Below are positions 34,235-42,508 of a DNA stretch of 64,000 nt, piece after piece. The position numbers were made by a program, and so were the translations under genes. Below the pieces are notes generated by a model that saw only the letters and a list, made by a program, of their open reading frames with translations, was not told where the DNA came from and did no database searches. Within the stretch, counting starts at the first letter, position 1. Each line of letters starts with the position of its first letter. Source of the DNA: a virus. The stretch lies in IMG/VR virus record IMGVR_UViG_3300045988_125079, positions 32,001 to 96,000 of that record; one strand, 5' to 3'.

Positions 34235-34243
34235 TTTTTCACC

Positions 34244-34468
34244 TTACTTGAGTTTCTTCAAGATATTCTCCTTCATGACTTTGCACAAAGACTCAACGTA
34301 TGCCTCCTTCATTTTCTTGGACATTTTCTCATTATTAAGATAATCTGCAGTGGTTTCAATCATAGAATTGCCTACGATCTCCATCACATCACCCTTATCT
34401 TCGCCTTTATCCAAAGTAATGTCAGTCAACACGCCGTTGAAGGGAGTAGTGCTAATAATCAGTTTCAT
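34244..34468 (-). CDS. hypothetical protein (74 aa)
   Basis: ORF track. ATG start. First CDS after the tRNA array. Confidence 0.55.
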   Translation of the reverse strand: MKLIISTTPFNGVLTDITLDKGEDKGDVMEIVGNSMIETTADYLNNEKMSKKMKEAYVESLCKVMKENILKKLK

Positions 34469-34508
34469 AATACTTTGTCCTTTCGCTTTTATTATTAATA
34501 TTCGAACA

Positions 34509-34589
34509 TGGTGCGGCTAGAGGGACTTGAACCCTCACCCGAAGACCAGATCCTAAATCTAGCGTGTCTGCCGATTCCACCATAGCCGC
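34509..34589 (-). tRNA. tRNA-Leu(UAG)
   Basis: Acceptor GCGGCTA/TAGCCGC. Anticodon loop TTTAGGA. Long variable arm. T arm GAGGG-TTCAAGT-CCCTC. CCA is encoded. Confidence 0.85.
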
Positions 34590-34728
34590 ATATAAATTAG
34601 GTACACCTGCACTCCCGATTCTCCAAGCAGGACAACTTCCATTTCGGACCACTACATCCGAAACATTAGGGCGCAACAAGGAAGTCGTGGCTATTTTATT
34701 GATCGTACTTTTACCACTATGTACCTAT

Positions 34729-34851
34729 TGGTGCCGCAGAGCTGAGTCGAACAGCTACTGTGCTCACATCATCATCCTCTACCCTATCCTTGTCATGACT
34801 AAGAATTCGCTGTAAAGGAATCACCATGATTATTGCATTACCTCTTGCGGC
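34729..34851 (-). ncRNA. expanded tRNA-like RNA (123 nt) with acceptor stem, T arm and CCA
   Basis: 5' GCCGCAA pairs with 3' CTGCGGC-A-CCA. T arm AGCTG-TTCGACT-CAGCT. The interior is about 47 nt too long for a tRNA; it holds stem ATTCTT/AAGGAT with loop AGTCATGAC. The AUAU leader precedes the 5' end as at genuine tRNAs. Confidence 0.4.
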
Positions 34852-35061
34852 ATATAAAATGTTCAGGCCGGATCATCTTGCTGTTTAACCACTGTTTCGT
34901 ATTCCCGCTATCGTTCATGAACTCTCATCATCGATTGCTTCGTGGCACCTGAACCCCCATTTTGTTAGAGACCTAATGGGCAAAGCTGTCTACCTACACC
35001 GGTTGTGAACGGACATACCCGGCTGGATTCAGACACTGGAGTCTCAAACCGTTTCGTGTCG

Positions 35062-35135
35062 TGGAGCAGTCAACGAGAATCGAACTCGCCCATCCTGCTT
35101 GGAAGGCAGGCGTACCACCACTATACGATGACTGC
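35062..35135 (-). tRNA. tRNA-Gly(UCC)
   Basis: Acceptor GCAGTCA/TGACTGC. Anticodon stem CCTGC/GCAGG with loop CTTCCAA. T arm GCGAG-TTCGATT-CTCGT. CCA is encoded. Confidence 0.85.
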
Positions 35136-35354
35136 ATATAATTCCCAGCTCAACTTTCATTGGCTGGGCTCGGCTTAACTTTGGCCTATTGCATTCGATA
35201 CAACACGTTCGCAAGATTATATCAAAAGAGCCGAGAATAATAGACTTCCTCTGCAGAAAGGTAATAGACAGAGGCTTTCGTTAACCCCTTTCGGGGTGGT
35301 ATCCCGCACAGGCGCGGCCGGATCTGACCGCTAAAGACCCTACCCATACGAGAT

Positions 35355-35440
35355 TGGTGCTACCGACCCGACTTGAACGGGCACGTCGTTACCGACAAGA
35401 GATTTTAAGTCTCCGGTGTCTGCCATTCCACCACGGTAGC
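35355..35440 (-). tRNA. tRNA-Leu(UAA)
   Basis: Acceptor GCTACCG/CGGTAGC. Anticodon loop CTTAAAA. Long variable arm TGTCGGTAACGACGT. T arm GCCCG-TTCAAGT-CGGGT. CCA is encoded. Confidence 0.85.
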
Positions 35441-35527
35441 ATATCAAAGCTGTCTGTCCAGCAGTCAACCGTCTTTCCGATTTGCCAAACCGTTTTACCC
35501 AATAGACTCCCGACTCGATCGAGCCGG

Positions 35528-35610
35528 TGGTGTTTCGGATGGGACTTGAACCCACATGCTTGCGCAGAAGTTTTTGAGACTCCCCTGTCTGCCGATTCCA
35601 GCACCGAAAC
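35528..35610 (-). tRNA. tRNA-Leu(CAA)
   Basis: Acceptor GTTTCGG/CCGAAAC. Anticodon loop CTCAAAA. Long variable arm. T arm GTGGG-TTCAAGT-CCCAT. CCA is encoded. Confidence 0.8.
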
Positions 35611-35650
35611 ATATATGCTCGTCTTTCCGAGCCGCCACTGCTTGCGCAGG

Positions 35651-36562
35651 TTACTTCATATCATTCAGTACAGGGATGCTGGTATCACCGCCGACATAAG
35701 TAGGAAGCTTACCATCCCACTTTTCATACATCTGCTGCTGAATCAGCCGGTCAGTCAGAGACTCAGAGATGATTTTATTCGCCTCGGCTTCTGCGTTCGC
35801 CTTGGAAATCTTGGTCTGATTCTCAATCTCCTGCGCCTCGTCATTGCGCTCGGCCACAAAAGACTTGTTAATAGCAGCCTGAACAGACGCATCGTCGTAC
35901 TCGATGCCATCCTTCATACCAAGAACAGTAATCGTGATACCGCGCTCTGCAAAATACTCAGTCACATCCTTGCGGACATAATCCATAATCTCGGCCTTCT
36001 TCTCAAGGATCTCATTCATGGTGTACTTAGCGCACATTTCAACAAAGTCAGCTTCAACACGAGCACGGATTTCAGTATCCATAATCTCGGAGAGCTGCTT
36101 GTTATTGTAGGAATACAGGAACTTGACTGCATCGTTTTCAGTGTAGATCTGAGCAGAGCAGTTCATACCGACGGAGAAGCCAATAGACTCTTTGCTTTCG
36201 GCAGAGATGGACTGGTTGACAGTGCTGGTGCCACTATCCTTGCCCTCGGACCATTCACGAGTAACAGGAGTTCTATTGACGACGACTAACATATTATCCG
36301 GAACCCAAGTACCAATAATGTCAGTCGGCGACAGATGTCGCTTCGAGTAAGTAATGTACACCTGCTTGGCTGCCACCTTTGCCTCGGCGAGCATTGCCTC
36401 ACTCTCAAAGGACGCCTGATTTTCCCCACCCTCTGAAAGTGAAATCAGAAATGCAGTTTCATGAGGTTCGATTGTATGCACCTCTTTCTTAGTGCACCCC
36501 GTAAATGTCATCGCCATCACGATTGCACATGAAACTACGAAAATCTTTTTGAATTTCTTCAT
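35651..36562 (-). CDS. SPFH/band-7 (stomatin/prohibitin-like) lipoprotein
   Basis: Signal peptide with lipobox MTFTG-C. SPFH-like core followed by an Ala/Glu-rich helix (KANAEAEANKII). Confidence 0.7.
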   Translation of the reverse strand: MKKFKKIFVVSCAIVMAMTFTGCTKKEVHTIEPHETAFLISLSEGGENQASFESEAMLAEAKVAAKQVYITYSKRHLSPTDIIGTWVPDNMLVVVNRTPVTREWSEGKDSGTSTVNQSISAESKESIGFSVGMNCSAQIYTENDAVKFLYSYNNKQLSEIMDTEIRARVEADFVEMCAKYTMNEILEKKAEIMDYVRKDVTEYFAERGITITVLGMKDGIEYDDASVQAAINKSFVAERNDEAQEIENQTKISKANAEAEANKIISESLTDRLIQQQMYEKWDGKLPTYVGGDTSIPVLNDMK

Positions 36563-36574
36563 TCGTTCCTCCTT

Positions 36575-36799
36575 TTAATTTTTGAATAGAATATATACCA
36601 CAGCTCCAATCGCAAGCGACAGAGCTACAGACACCGAAAAAGCCAACTCGCTAATACGGCCGTAAAGAGAACTTATGCTTCCTGTTGCCATTTGAACAAG
36701 CGAGATGTGCCGCAGGAGCTTTTCGAAAATATCATCGAGACTCAAAAACGAAACAACCGATGCGCAGGCTGCCAGCAATAAATCTTTATGTTTTTTCAT
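36575..36799 (-). CDS. small membrane protein (74 aa)
   Basis: Two hydrophobic segments. Immediately upstream of the SPFH gene, in an NfeD-like position. Confidence 0.55.
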   Translation of the reverse strand: MKKHKDLLLAACASVVSFLSLDDIFEKLLRHISLVQMATGSISSLYGRISELAFSVSVALSLAIGAVVYILFKN

Positions 36800-36872
36800 A
36801 GCTTACCACCTCAGAATCCGGTCTCAGCTTTGCCATAAATTGGGTCATGATGACAAAACTCACACATTTGAA

Positions 36873-37544
36873 TTACTCCTTATCAAAGATATCCGTGTAC
36901 TTCGTGTACAGTTTACCGTTGTGGAAGTAAGTATTGTAATCGCACTGTTCAATATACCACCAGCGTTTCTGATGACCGGCCTTCAGGAAGTCATGCAGAT
37001 GATAAGTTGACTCGTAGTTCTCGTCCACACGCTGCCGGAACGAAAGCTCGTCAATCTCATCTGACGTTTCGACGTAATCAGCGATTCCATTGATTTCGTC
37101 CTCAGTCATATCGTCATCCACAACAAAGACCACTCGAACGATTTCGTTACCTCGACGACAAACATTCTCAATCTCATCTGTCGTATGCAGGTGATATACA
37201 ACACGGTCGAACTTATCAAACGGAAACAACATAATCTCGTGATTGTTTTCTGCATCAAAGTAACTGGTATGCAGCTCAATCTTGCGAAAAGAACGCCAAC
37301 ACGTCTCGAAAAAGCCACGCCACCATGCCTGATGCTCCCACCAGTGGAAAAGTGGATCGCCTCCTCCAGAAACAGACACCCAGTTGCAATCGTTGCATTC
37401 GTTATGAAGAACTTGCCACAGCTGAGCATAAGAAGAATACTCCCCTGTCGGTGTCATCTTGAGCTTGTTATTACGGACGATACACTCAGGGCAGCTGTAA
37501 TGGCAGCCGAAGTTCGTGATAATACTGAGATACTTGTCAGTCAT
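36873..37544 (-). CDS. small radical-SAM enzyme (activase/QueE-like size)
   Basis: FGCHYSCPEC matches CX3CX2C. SGGGDPLF is a glycine-rich SAM-binding motif. 223 aa. Confidence 0.7.
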   Translation of the reverse strand: MTDKYLSIITNFGCHYSCPECIVRNNKLKMTPTGEYSSYAQLWQVLHNECNDCNWVSVSGGGDPLFHWWEHQAWWRGFFETCWRSFRKIELHTSYFDAENNHEIMLFPFDKFDRVVYHLHTTDEIENVCRRGNEIVRVVFVVDDDMTEDEINGIADYVETSDEIDELSFRQRVDENYESTYHLHDFLKAGHQKRWWYIEQCDYNTYFHNGKLYTKYTDIFDKE

Positions 37545-37566
37545 CTTGATTTACTCCTTTTTTAAA

Positions 37567-37824
37567 TTATGCATACCACTTGGGTTGTTCCATATAAATT
37601 TTTGCTCCTTTGGTAAATCCAAGTCCCATAAGAAGATCAGCGATTACTGCATCCATATCTTCATGGACTCCGTCATAAGGAGGATACGGCCAATGAAGCT
37701 CGTCCATCAGTTTGTCGAACTCGTCGATAATTTCTTGAGGAATCTGAATTTGCCCTTTGAATTTATCAGCCCATGCTCCATATTCGGACTCTGGTTTAAG
37801 CTGTTTCTCATTGTCGTAAAACAT
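37567..37824 (-). CDS. hypothetical protein (85 aa)
   Basis: ORF track. ATG start. Confidence 0.55.
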   Translation of the reverse strand: MFYDNEKQLKPESEYGAWADKFKGQIQIPQEIIDEFDKLMDELHWPYPPYDGVHEDMDAVIADLLMGLGFTKGAKIYMEQPKWYA

Positions 37825-37870
37825 TTCATTTTACCTCATTTGTTTAAATTGTTTCGTTCGTACATTATTA

Positions 37871-37948
37871 TGGGACGTGTCGGATTCGAACCGTGATACA
37901 TAGACCCAGTTATGAGCTGGGCTCTCTAACCAATTGAGATAACGTCCC
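37871..37948 (-). tRNA. tRNA-Met/Ile2(CAU), with a weak T stem
   Basis: Acceptor GGGACGT/ACGTCCC. D arm TCTC-AATTGGTTA-GAGA. Anticodon stem CCCAG/CTGGG with loop CTCATAA. T loop TTCGAAT with only 3 clean stem pairs. No CCA encoded. Confidence 0.7.
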
Positions 37949-38353
37949 ACAGAGAGGAGGATTTAACCATGTACACCATCAGCGAGGAGCAAGCGGCTTA
38001 CCAATGCGCAATACTCGGTCGCGTCAGTAGATACAACACATAAGCGATTAGGTCTCTTATGGTGTCCATCCTCAAAGGCTGCCCTTTTCAAATTCACTCT
38101 CCGATACTCTGGGCACCGAGCATCTATGCCACTTTCGCAGGCAGTGCCAAATTCGCCTACTCATAATAGAGCCATGCACATCCACTGTGGCGGGTAGCTA
38201 CTCCCGTTGCATCATGGTTATTATTTTCGGTCAGAGCGTTATGGGTGTGTCAGAGGGGGAGTATGATCACCCACGGTGGAATTGCGCCACCCCAGCGACC
38301 GCGCACTACACTACGCTGCCGCATCGAACCTAGCTTTGCGGCTTGCACCGCTA

Positions 38354-38737
38354 TGGACCCGGTGGGATTCGAACCCACGTCCAAAACTAATACTCGATTA
38401 CAATTTTCTTACGCAATAGCCAGCATTTAGAATTTTGAAAAGGAATTCATGCCGCCGACACAGCAACCTTAGGGACGTAACGGTTGTTACATCACTCCAC
38501 CACTCGGTTTTGACGTCCGAGAACGCTAGTGTTTCTTACCGTTTACATCGGGTTCCGGGATTTATTCTTTGAACCGTCAAGCATTTACCTGCCTATCAGG
38601 ATGCTGTTTTGGGCACGGCATCAAGCCGCGCAACGATAACTGTTGTTGTTAGCGTTTATTTGTTTTTTGCCTCGTAAGGTGATGGCCGACCTGCGAATTG
38701 TAATTTTTCTTAGCCCTGTCGAAAACCTTTCGGGCCC
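38354..38737 (-). ncRNA. ~384-nt structured RNA closed by a tRNA-like acceptor stem and T arm
   Basis: 5' GGGCCCG pairs with 3' CGGGTCC, giving a G3-U70 pair. T arm GTGGG-TTCGAAT-CCCAC. A long-range 9-bp helix joins ATTACAATT and AATTGTAAT. Internal helices include GGACGT/ACGTCC and GTAAC/GTTAC. The 5' end follows the AUAU leader. Confidence 0.35.
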
Positions 38738-38743
38738 ATATAG

Positions 38744-38785
38744 AGAGGTCTCCAGGAATCAAACCCAGAAGTAATCATTGACCTC
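38744..38785 (-). ncRNA. tRNA minihelix-like RNA (acceptor + T-arm only)
   Basis: GAGGTCA...CTGGG-TTTGATT-CCTGG-AGACCTC. The AUAU leader lies 5' of it. It is directly followed by the leader of the next unit. Confidence 0.3.
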
Positions 38786-38929
38786 ATATAAAAGCAGGAT
38801 TATCGTACCTGCACAGCAATTTCAGCTACGGCAATTCAATCAAAAAGAAATTTGCAAAACATACGAAGCAAATGAAAAGGAGGTAATTGAATTGCTTTAT
38901 ACACAGGGGAATGCCGAAACCCTGCGCAA

Positions 38930-39005
38930 TGGTCCAAGTGACAGGTTACGATCCTGCTGCCTCATGCTCCCAAAGCACGCGCTCTGCCAATTGAGCTACA
39001 CCTGG
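38930..39005 (-). tRNA. tRNA-Pro(UGG)
   Basis: Acceptor CCAGGTG/CACTTGG. D arm GCTC-AATTGGCA-GAGC. Anticodon loop TTTGGGA. T arm GCAGG-ATCGTAA-CCTGT. CCA is encoded. Confidence 0.85.
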
Positions 39006-39071
39006 ATATATGCCGGTCTTTCCCGGCCGTCAGCCCCGCGCAGGGCAATGGAGGATGAGAAAATGTCTTAG

Positions 39072-40364
39072 TTAGGAAACCGCATCCAACGCTTTCGCAG
39101 CTTCCTTGAAGATTTTCATGTTCTTCTCCGATTCTGCGAAGATATCGGTTTTGGACTTTGGTGGACGGTTATGAGCACGAACATATGCTTTTGTTAAGCG
39201 ATTCATCTTTGCAACGCCCACAATGTCATAAATCTTCTGATAGGTTACCCAGTATCCAACTGTCTTGTCACCACGTTTTTCAGCGATTGGTTTAATAATC
39301 GGAAGCGTGATGCTCGCTTTATAGTATTTCTTTTTCTTAGATTCAGCAACAATCGAAACCGGCTCTTCGGATTCAACCACGCGACATTCAGCTTCAACGA
39401 CAGGTTCGGGTTCAGCAGCACGTCTCTTCGGAATTGCATCAGCCGGAATGATAGGAGGCGTCTTTGTAAGCACCCCCTTAATTCCCTTCTTGACTTCGGC
39501 ATTGTGCTTTTCGTTTTCACAGCGGTCTTTCATAATCGACATGAAGATCGATTTATACATCTCACTTGCCTCGATTACATCCAAACCGCTGATGTTTTTG
39601 AGACTTCCCTTATAATCAGTTTGTCTCACGAATTCTTTACGTGCATCCTCAAAGAACCAACCATAGTTGCGCCCCAGATAATCGTACCCCTGATGCAATA
39701 CGCAATTCAGAGTCAAACCTGTCAGGCTGACGATTTTGTTAGCCAGATCGTAAACTTCAGTCCGCCATTCACTACGCCCTTTCGGTGTCTGCCTCGGAGT
39801 GTAGGACCCAGGCTGTGTGCTTTGAAGTTTTCTTTCGAGCTGTTTGCAAACGAATAAGACATTATCAATGGCCTGTCTGTCCTGTTTGCGGGCAGTCTCG
39901 AATGCATCAAGCTTGGCCATCATCTCGTTTTGAATTTTCTGAACCGCAAGGACTTCTTGGTTCATCAACTCGAACCTTTGCTGACCCGTTGTTTTGACTG
40001 TGTAAGAGCCAGTCTTTCGAATCGCAGGAAGCACTTCACTGGTAACCCAGCGTTTAAAACGCTTGGCGGAATCAAGCTTACTTCCGAAAATCAAAGCATA
40101 CAGACCGGACTCGTTAATGACCGTCATAAGCCTGTTTTGGCCTGACCCGTTAAAACGACGGGTCAGCCTATCTTCCGTATCAACGTGCTTTCTTAACGCC
40201 TGGTCTGTATCTCCATACCCAAGCGCAGCTGCCACGTCTTTCCCTACAAACCAAGGATCAGAGTCGATCATAATAGAACGAATACTGCCAAACTCCTCGC
40301 TCGCAAACGCCCTGAGTACAGGCGGTTCACACTGTTTAACACTCTCTACCTTTTCTGCATTCAT
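39072..40364 (-). CDS. BRO-N domain protein (antirepressor-like)
   Basis: N-terminal FGSIRSIMIDSDPWFVGKDVAAALGYGDTDQALRKHV is typical of Bro-N. 430 aa. Confidence 0.7.
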   Translation of the reverse strand: MNAEKVESVKQCEPPVLRAFASEEFGSIRSIMIDSDPWFVGKDVAAALGYGDTDQALRKHVDTEDRLTRRFNGSGQNRLMTVINESGLYALIFGSKLDSAKRFKRWVTSEVLPAIRKTGSYTVKTTGQQRFELMNQEVLAVQKIQNEMMAKLDAFETARKQDRQAIDNVLFVCKQLERKLQSTQPGSYTPRQTPKGRSEWRTEVYDLANKIVSLTGLTLNCVLHQGYDYLGRNYGWFFEDARKEFVRQTDYKGSLKNISGLDVIEASEMYKSIFMSIMKDRCENEKHNAEVKKGIKGVLTKTPPIIPADAIPKRRAAEPEPVVEAECRVVESEEPVSIVAESKKKKYYKASITLPIIKPIAEKRGDKTVGYWVTYQKIYDIVGVAKMNRLTKAYVRAHNRPPKSKTDIFAESEKNMKIFKEAAKALDAVS

Positions 40365-40383
40365 TGTCCTAACCTTTCTTTTG

Positions 40384-40402
40384 CAACTGTTATTATCTAC
40401 CC
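40384..40402 (-). promoter_or_regulatory. conserved 19-nt motif, copy 3
   Basis: CAACTGTTATTATCTACCC is identical to copies 1 and 2. Lies about 20 nt upstream of the ATG of 39072-40364. Confidence 0.5.
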
Positions 40403-40550
40403 TCTACGAGAACAGAATACCACGTTGTCCTCTACATGTCAACTGTCATTTCGAACAGTAGATCATAATTGTTTTTGTGTGTTTTATGTTATTTGTTCCA
40501 TTTTTATAAAAAGTTTTCAACATCATCCTTCCATGTATTTTTGTTTCATC

Positions 40551-40841
40551 GAGATCTGATGAGTGCTGAGCGGTCTTCAGGCTGCCTGAGGCTGCAGGAG
40601 GTTAACGATGATTGGATGTCTTACCTGCGGACTGCCGGTATTTGGATTATTTCCTTGGCCAGGAAAATGCTGCTAGGTCGGACATTGGTACGTTTGGCCT
40701 GTCTAACAGGTGCCCTGAAGAAGTGAGTACCTGCGTGGGTCGACGTCGTCGCCTGGAAGGCGACATCTCGGTGCGGGCCTACCTCGTCCTACCTTTGCGA
40801 AACAGTTGGATATCCAGCTGCACTACTTTCGTAGTTATTCA
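40551..40841 (+). ncRNA. GC-rich structured element, copy C (same family as A and B)
   Basis: Helices GTCGCC-tggaa-GGCGAC and CCTGC/GCGGG, the latter with a G-U pair in plus sense only. The 3' module is CTACCTTTGCGAA, hairpin CAGTTGG-ATAT-CCAGCTG, hairpin ACTAC-TTTC-GTAGT, then TATTCA. Confidence 0.4.
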
Positions 40842-41061
40842 TCTCGATGTCCTTGATCAGCTTGCGTTTATTGTCTATGCGGAGCTATCAAAATCGACCA
40901 TTAAAATCACCTCTTTTCAAGTATGCCTTTTTGTTCCAATAATTATGCAGGCAAAACAGGGACAACGTGCACCAGTAGAGTAACTTCATTACTGAACCCC
41001 GTTATGTTATTTTACCCCTTGTTTATCTTAGACTTTTCAGGCTAAAAATTGATTCTGGCTT

Positions 41062-41406
41062 TTATTCAGCAGCCGCAGTTGCTTCTCTATACCGTTTAAA
41101 CCGTTCCGTGACCTTAGCTTTCTGCTCTTCAGTCATAACACGTTTAGGCTTAAACCCAACCAGCTTCTTCGGTACCGAGTACCAACGAGTCAAAACTTCG
41201 CCAGCAGATGTCTTGTACTCTCTGACGAGCTTATAGCTTTCAGGATCACGCTCGCACATCTTGTCAAGCCGCCTCCAAAAAACGGGATCAGTCGAACAGA
41301 TCTCAGCCTGTTTACTGGTCGCGCCGATCGTAATAATAGTCTCCTGCTCTTCGCGGGTAATACCAGGACCACCCTTTGGAGTAGTATTCACAGTCATATT
41401 TTCCAC
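41062..41406 (-). CDS. hypothetical protein (114 aa)
   Basis: ORF track. GTG start, or ATG at 41397. Confidence 0.55.
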   Translation of the reverse strand: MENMTVNTTPKGGPGITREEQETIITIGATSKQAEICSTDPVFWRRLDKMCERDPESYKLVREYKTSAGEVLTRWYSVPKKLVGFKPKRVMTEEQKAKVTERFKRYREATAAAE

Positions 41407-41435
41407 GCATTATCGTTCCTTTCTTACCGTGACGA

Positions 41436-41702
41436 TTATTCGTACCACGAAATCACAATAACATTGTCGAGTCCAGTATCATACGTCACACCGTCAATCT
41501 CAATCGAGGCATAGCCATAGTGCCGCCCCGATCGTGCTTTTGAGCACTCGCCTTCAACCAGCAATGTACCATCAGGATTGTAGACCTTGGCATATTTTAC
41601 TCGCGTACTCTTTTCAGCATCTGGGTTCGAGTTTTTGACGCAACCGGTCAACAACAGAACAGTAGCCAGTACGATCGCCGCGAGCAGCTTATGAAATCGC
41701 AT
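41436..41702 (-). CDS. small lipoprotein
   Basis: MRFHKLLAAIVLATVLLLTG-C gives a signal peptide plus lipobox. Confidence 0.65.
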   Translation of the reverse strand: MRFHKLLAAIVLATVLLLTGCVKNSNPDAEKSTRVKYAKVYNPDGTLLVEGECSKARSGRHYGYASIEIDGVTYDTGLDNVIVISWYE

Positions 41703-41707
41703 AAAAG

Positions 41708-41787
41708 GGTTCTCCTTTCTTTCCTTTCTCTTCTTTCGCTCTTTCTCCTTGATGGTTCCTCTTCTTTTCCTTCTTCTTCTTCCCCCT
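41708..41787 (-). repeat. ~80-nt polypurine tract (minus sense) in the 5' leader of the lipoprotein gene
   Basis: The plus-strand text is almost pure C/T (ttctcctttctttcctttctcttctttcgctctttctcc...cttcttcttcttccccc). Confidence 0.6.
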
Positions 41788-42066
41788 TACAATCCCCTAA
41801 TAATAATAACTATAATAACATCTCCTTAATTCTCTATTACACAATCATCACAATCTAATTAATCTGTTCCTAAAATTATTTCTCGCCACACTTCGCTCGT
41901 CGCTTGTTTGGCTTCGAATCAGAGTCGCTTCGCGCTTGGACTTCGCCCAAACCCGTTTTGTTTTTGTTTGATTGAATTCGAGTAGTGATTTCGTTAGGAA
42001 ATTGCATGTATTTTTGTTGTGTTATGATTTATGTTTTTAATGCTTTCAACAGAGTTTTCAACATTG

Positions 42067-42321
42067 TTACAGAAGCGACTTGCAATAAAGCGGCTCTTTA
42101 TGACGTAGAAATTCGTATTGTTCACTATATAAACAATCTTCAATATATCCGTCTTTAAATTTCATATGTGGACACCGATCGTTATAATCCTCATCCAAAT
42201 CATATTTGTCCCAGCCAAGAAATTCACATTCTTGTTCATTATAATAATCAAGATTTCTACAATGAAGTCTGAATATTGAACCTGGAATCCAAATTTCTTC
42301 TTGCGCCGTTACTTTCGTCAT
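42067..42321 (-). CDS. small protein with CxSLL-COOH tail (LYCKSLL)
   Basis: MTKVTAQEEIW...RHKEPLYCKSLL. The body is unlike the YKxGD family. Confidence 0.65.
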   Translation of the reverse strand: MTKVTAQEEIWIPGSIFRLHCRNLDYYNEQECEFLGWDKYDLDEDYNDRCPHMKFKDGYIEDCLYSEQYEFLRHKEPLYCKSLL

Positions 42322-42417
42322 TTGCTGGACCTCGTTTCAAGTAAAATTAGGAACAGAAGATTCGTATTTAACGATAATACGTTTCATGGTTTGACTCTTT
42401 AATTAACTTTTGCATAC

Positions 42418-42445
42418 ATTATACAACCGTTAGGCGTATTGTCAA
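42418..42445 (-). promoter_or_regulatory. near-consensus sigma70 promoter (TTGACA-16-TGTATAAT)
   Basis: Minus-sense TTGACA (42445-42440), a 16-nt spacer whose last 2 nt are the TG extension, then TATAAT (42423-42418). Confidence 0.55.
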
Positions 42446-42508
42446 CCCCTTTTTGATGTAATTTTGAGGTAGCAGAACAACTTTTAAGAGTTAAGAACGT
42501 TCCAAATT

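Noticed and set aside
34452-34679. 75-aa minus-strand ORF and other ORFs across the tRNA arrays (35340-35612, 38245-38430, 38778-39071)
   Set aside because: They overlap well-formed tRNA genes or structured spacers and have no RBS.
38354-38737. tRNA gene split by a group I intron
   Set aside because: The first ~35 nt (GGGCCCGAAAGGTTTTCGACAGGG...) do not form a D arm or the 5' half of an anticodon stem, and no P7/P3-like core was recognisable. I kept it as a tRNA-framed RNA of unknown class.
40556-40563. CUGAUGAG word at the start of element C (and CTGATGA in element B), suggesting a hammerhead ribozyme
   Set aside because: There is no matching GAAA core or three-stem arrangement around it. 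The word alone is not diagnostic.
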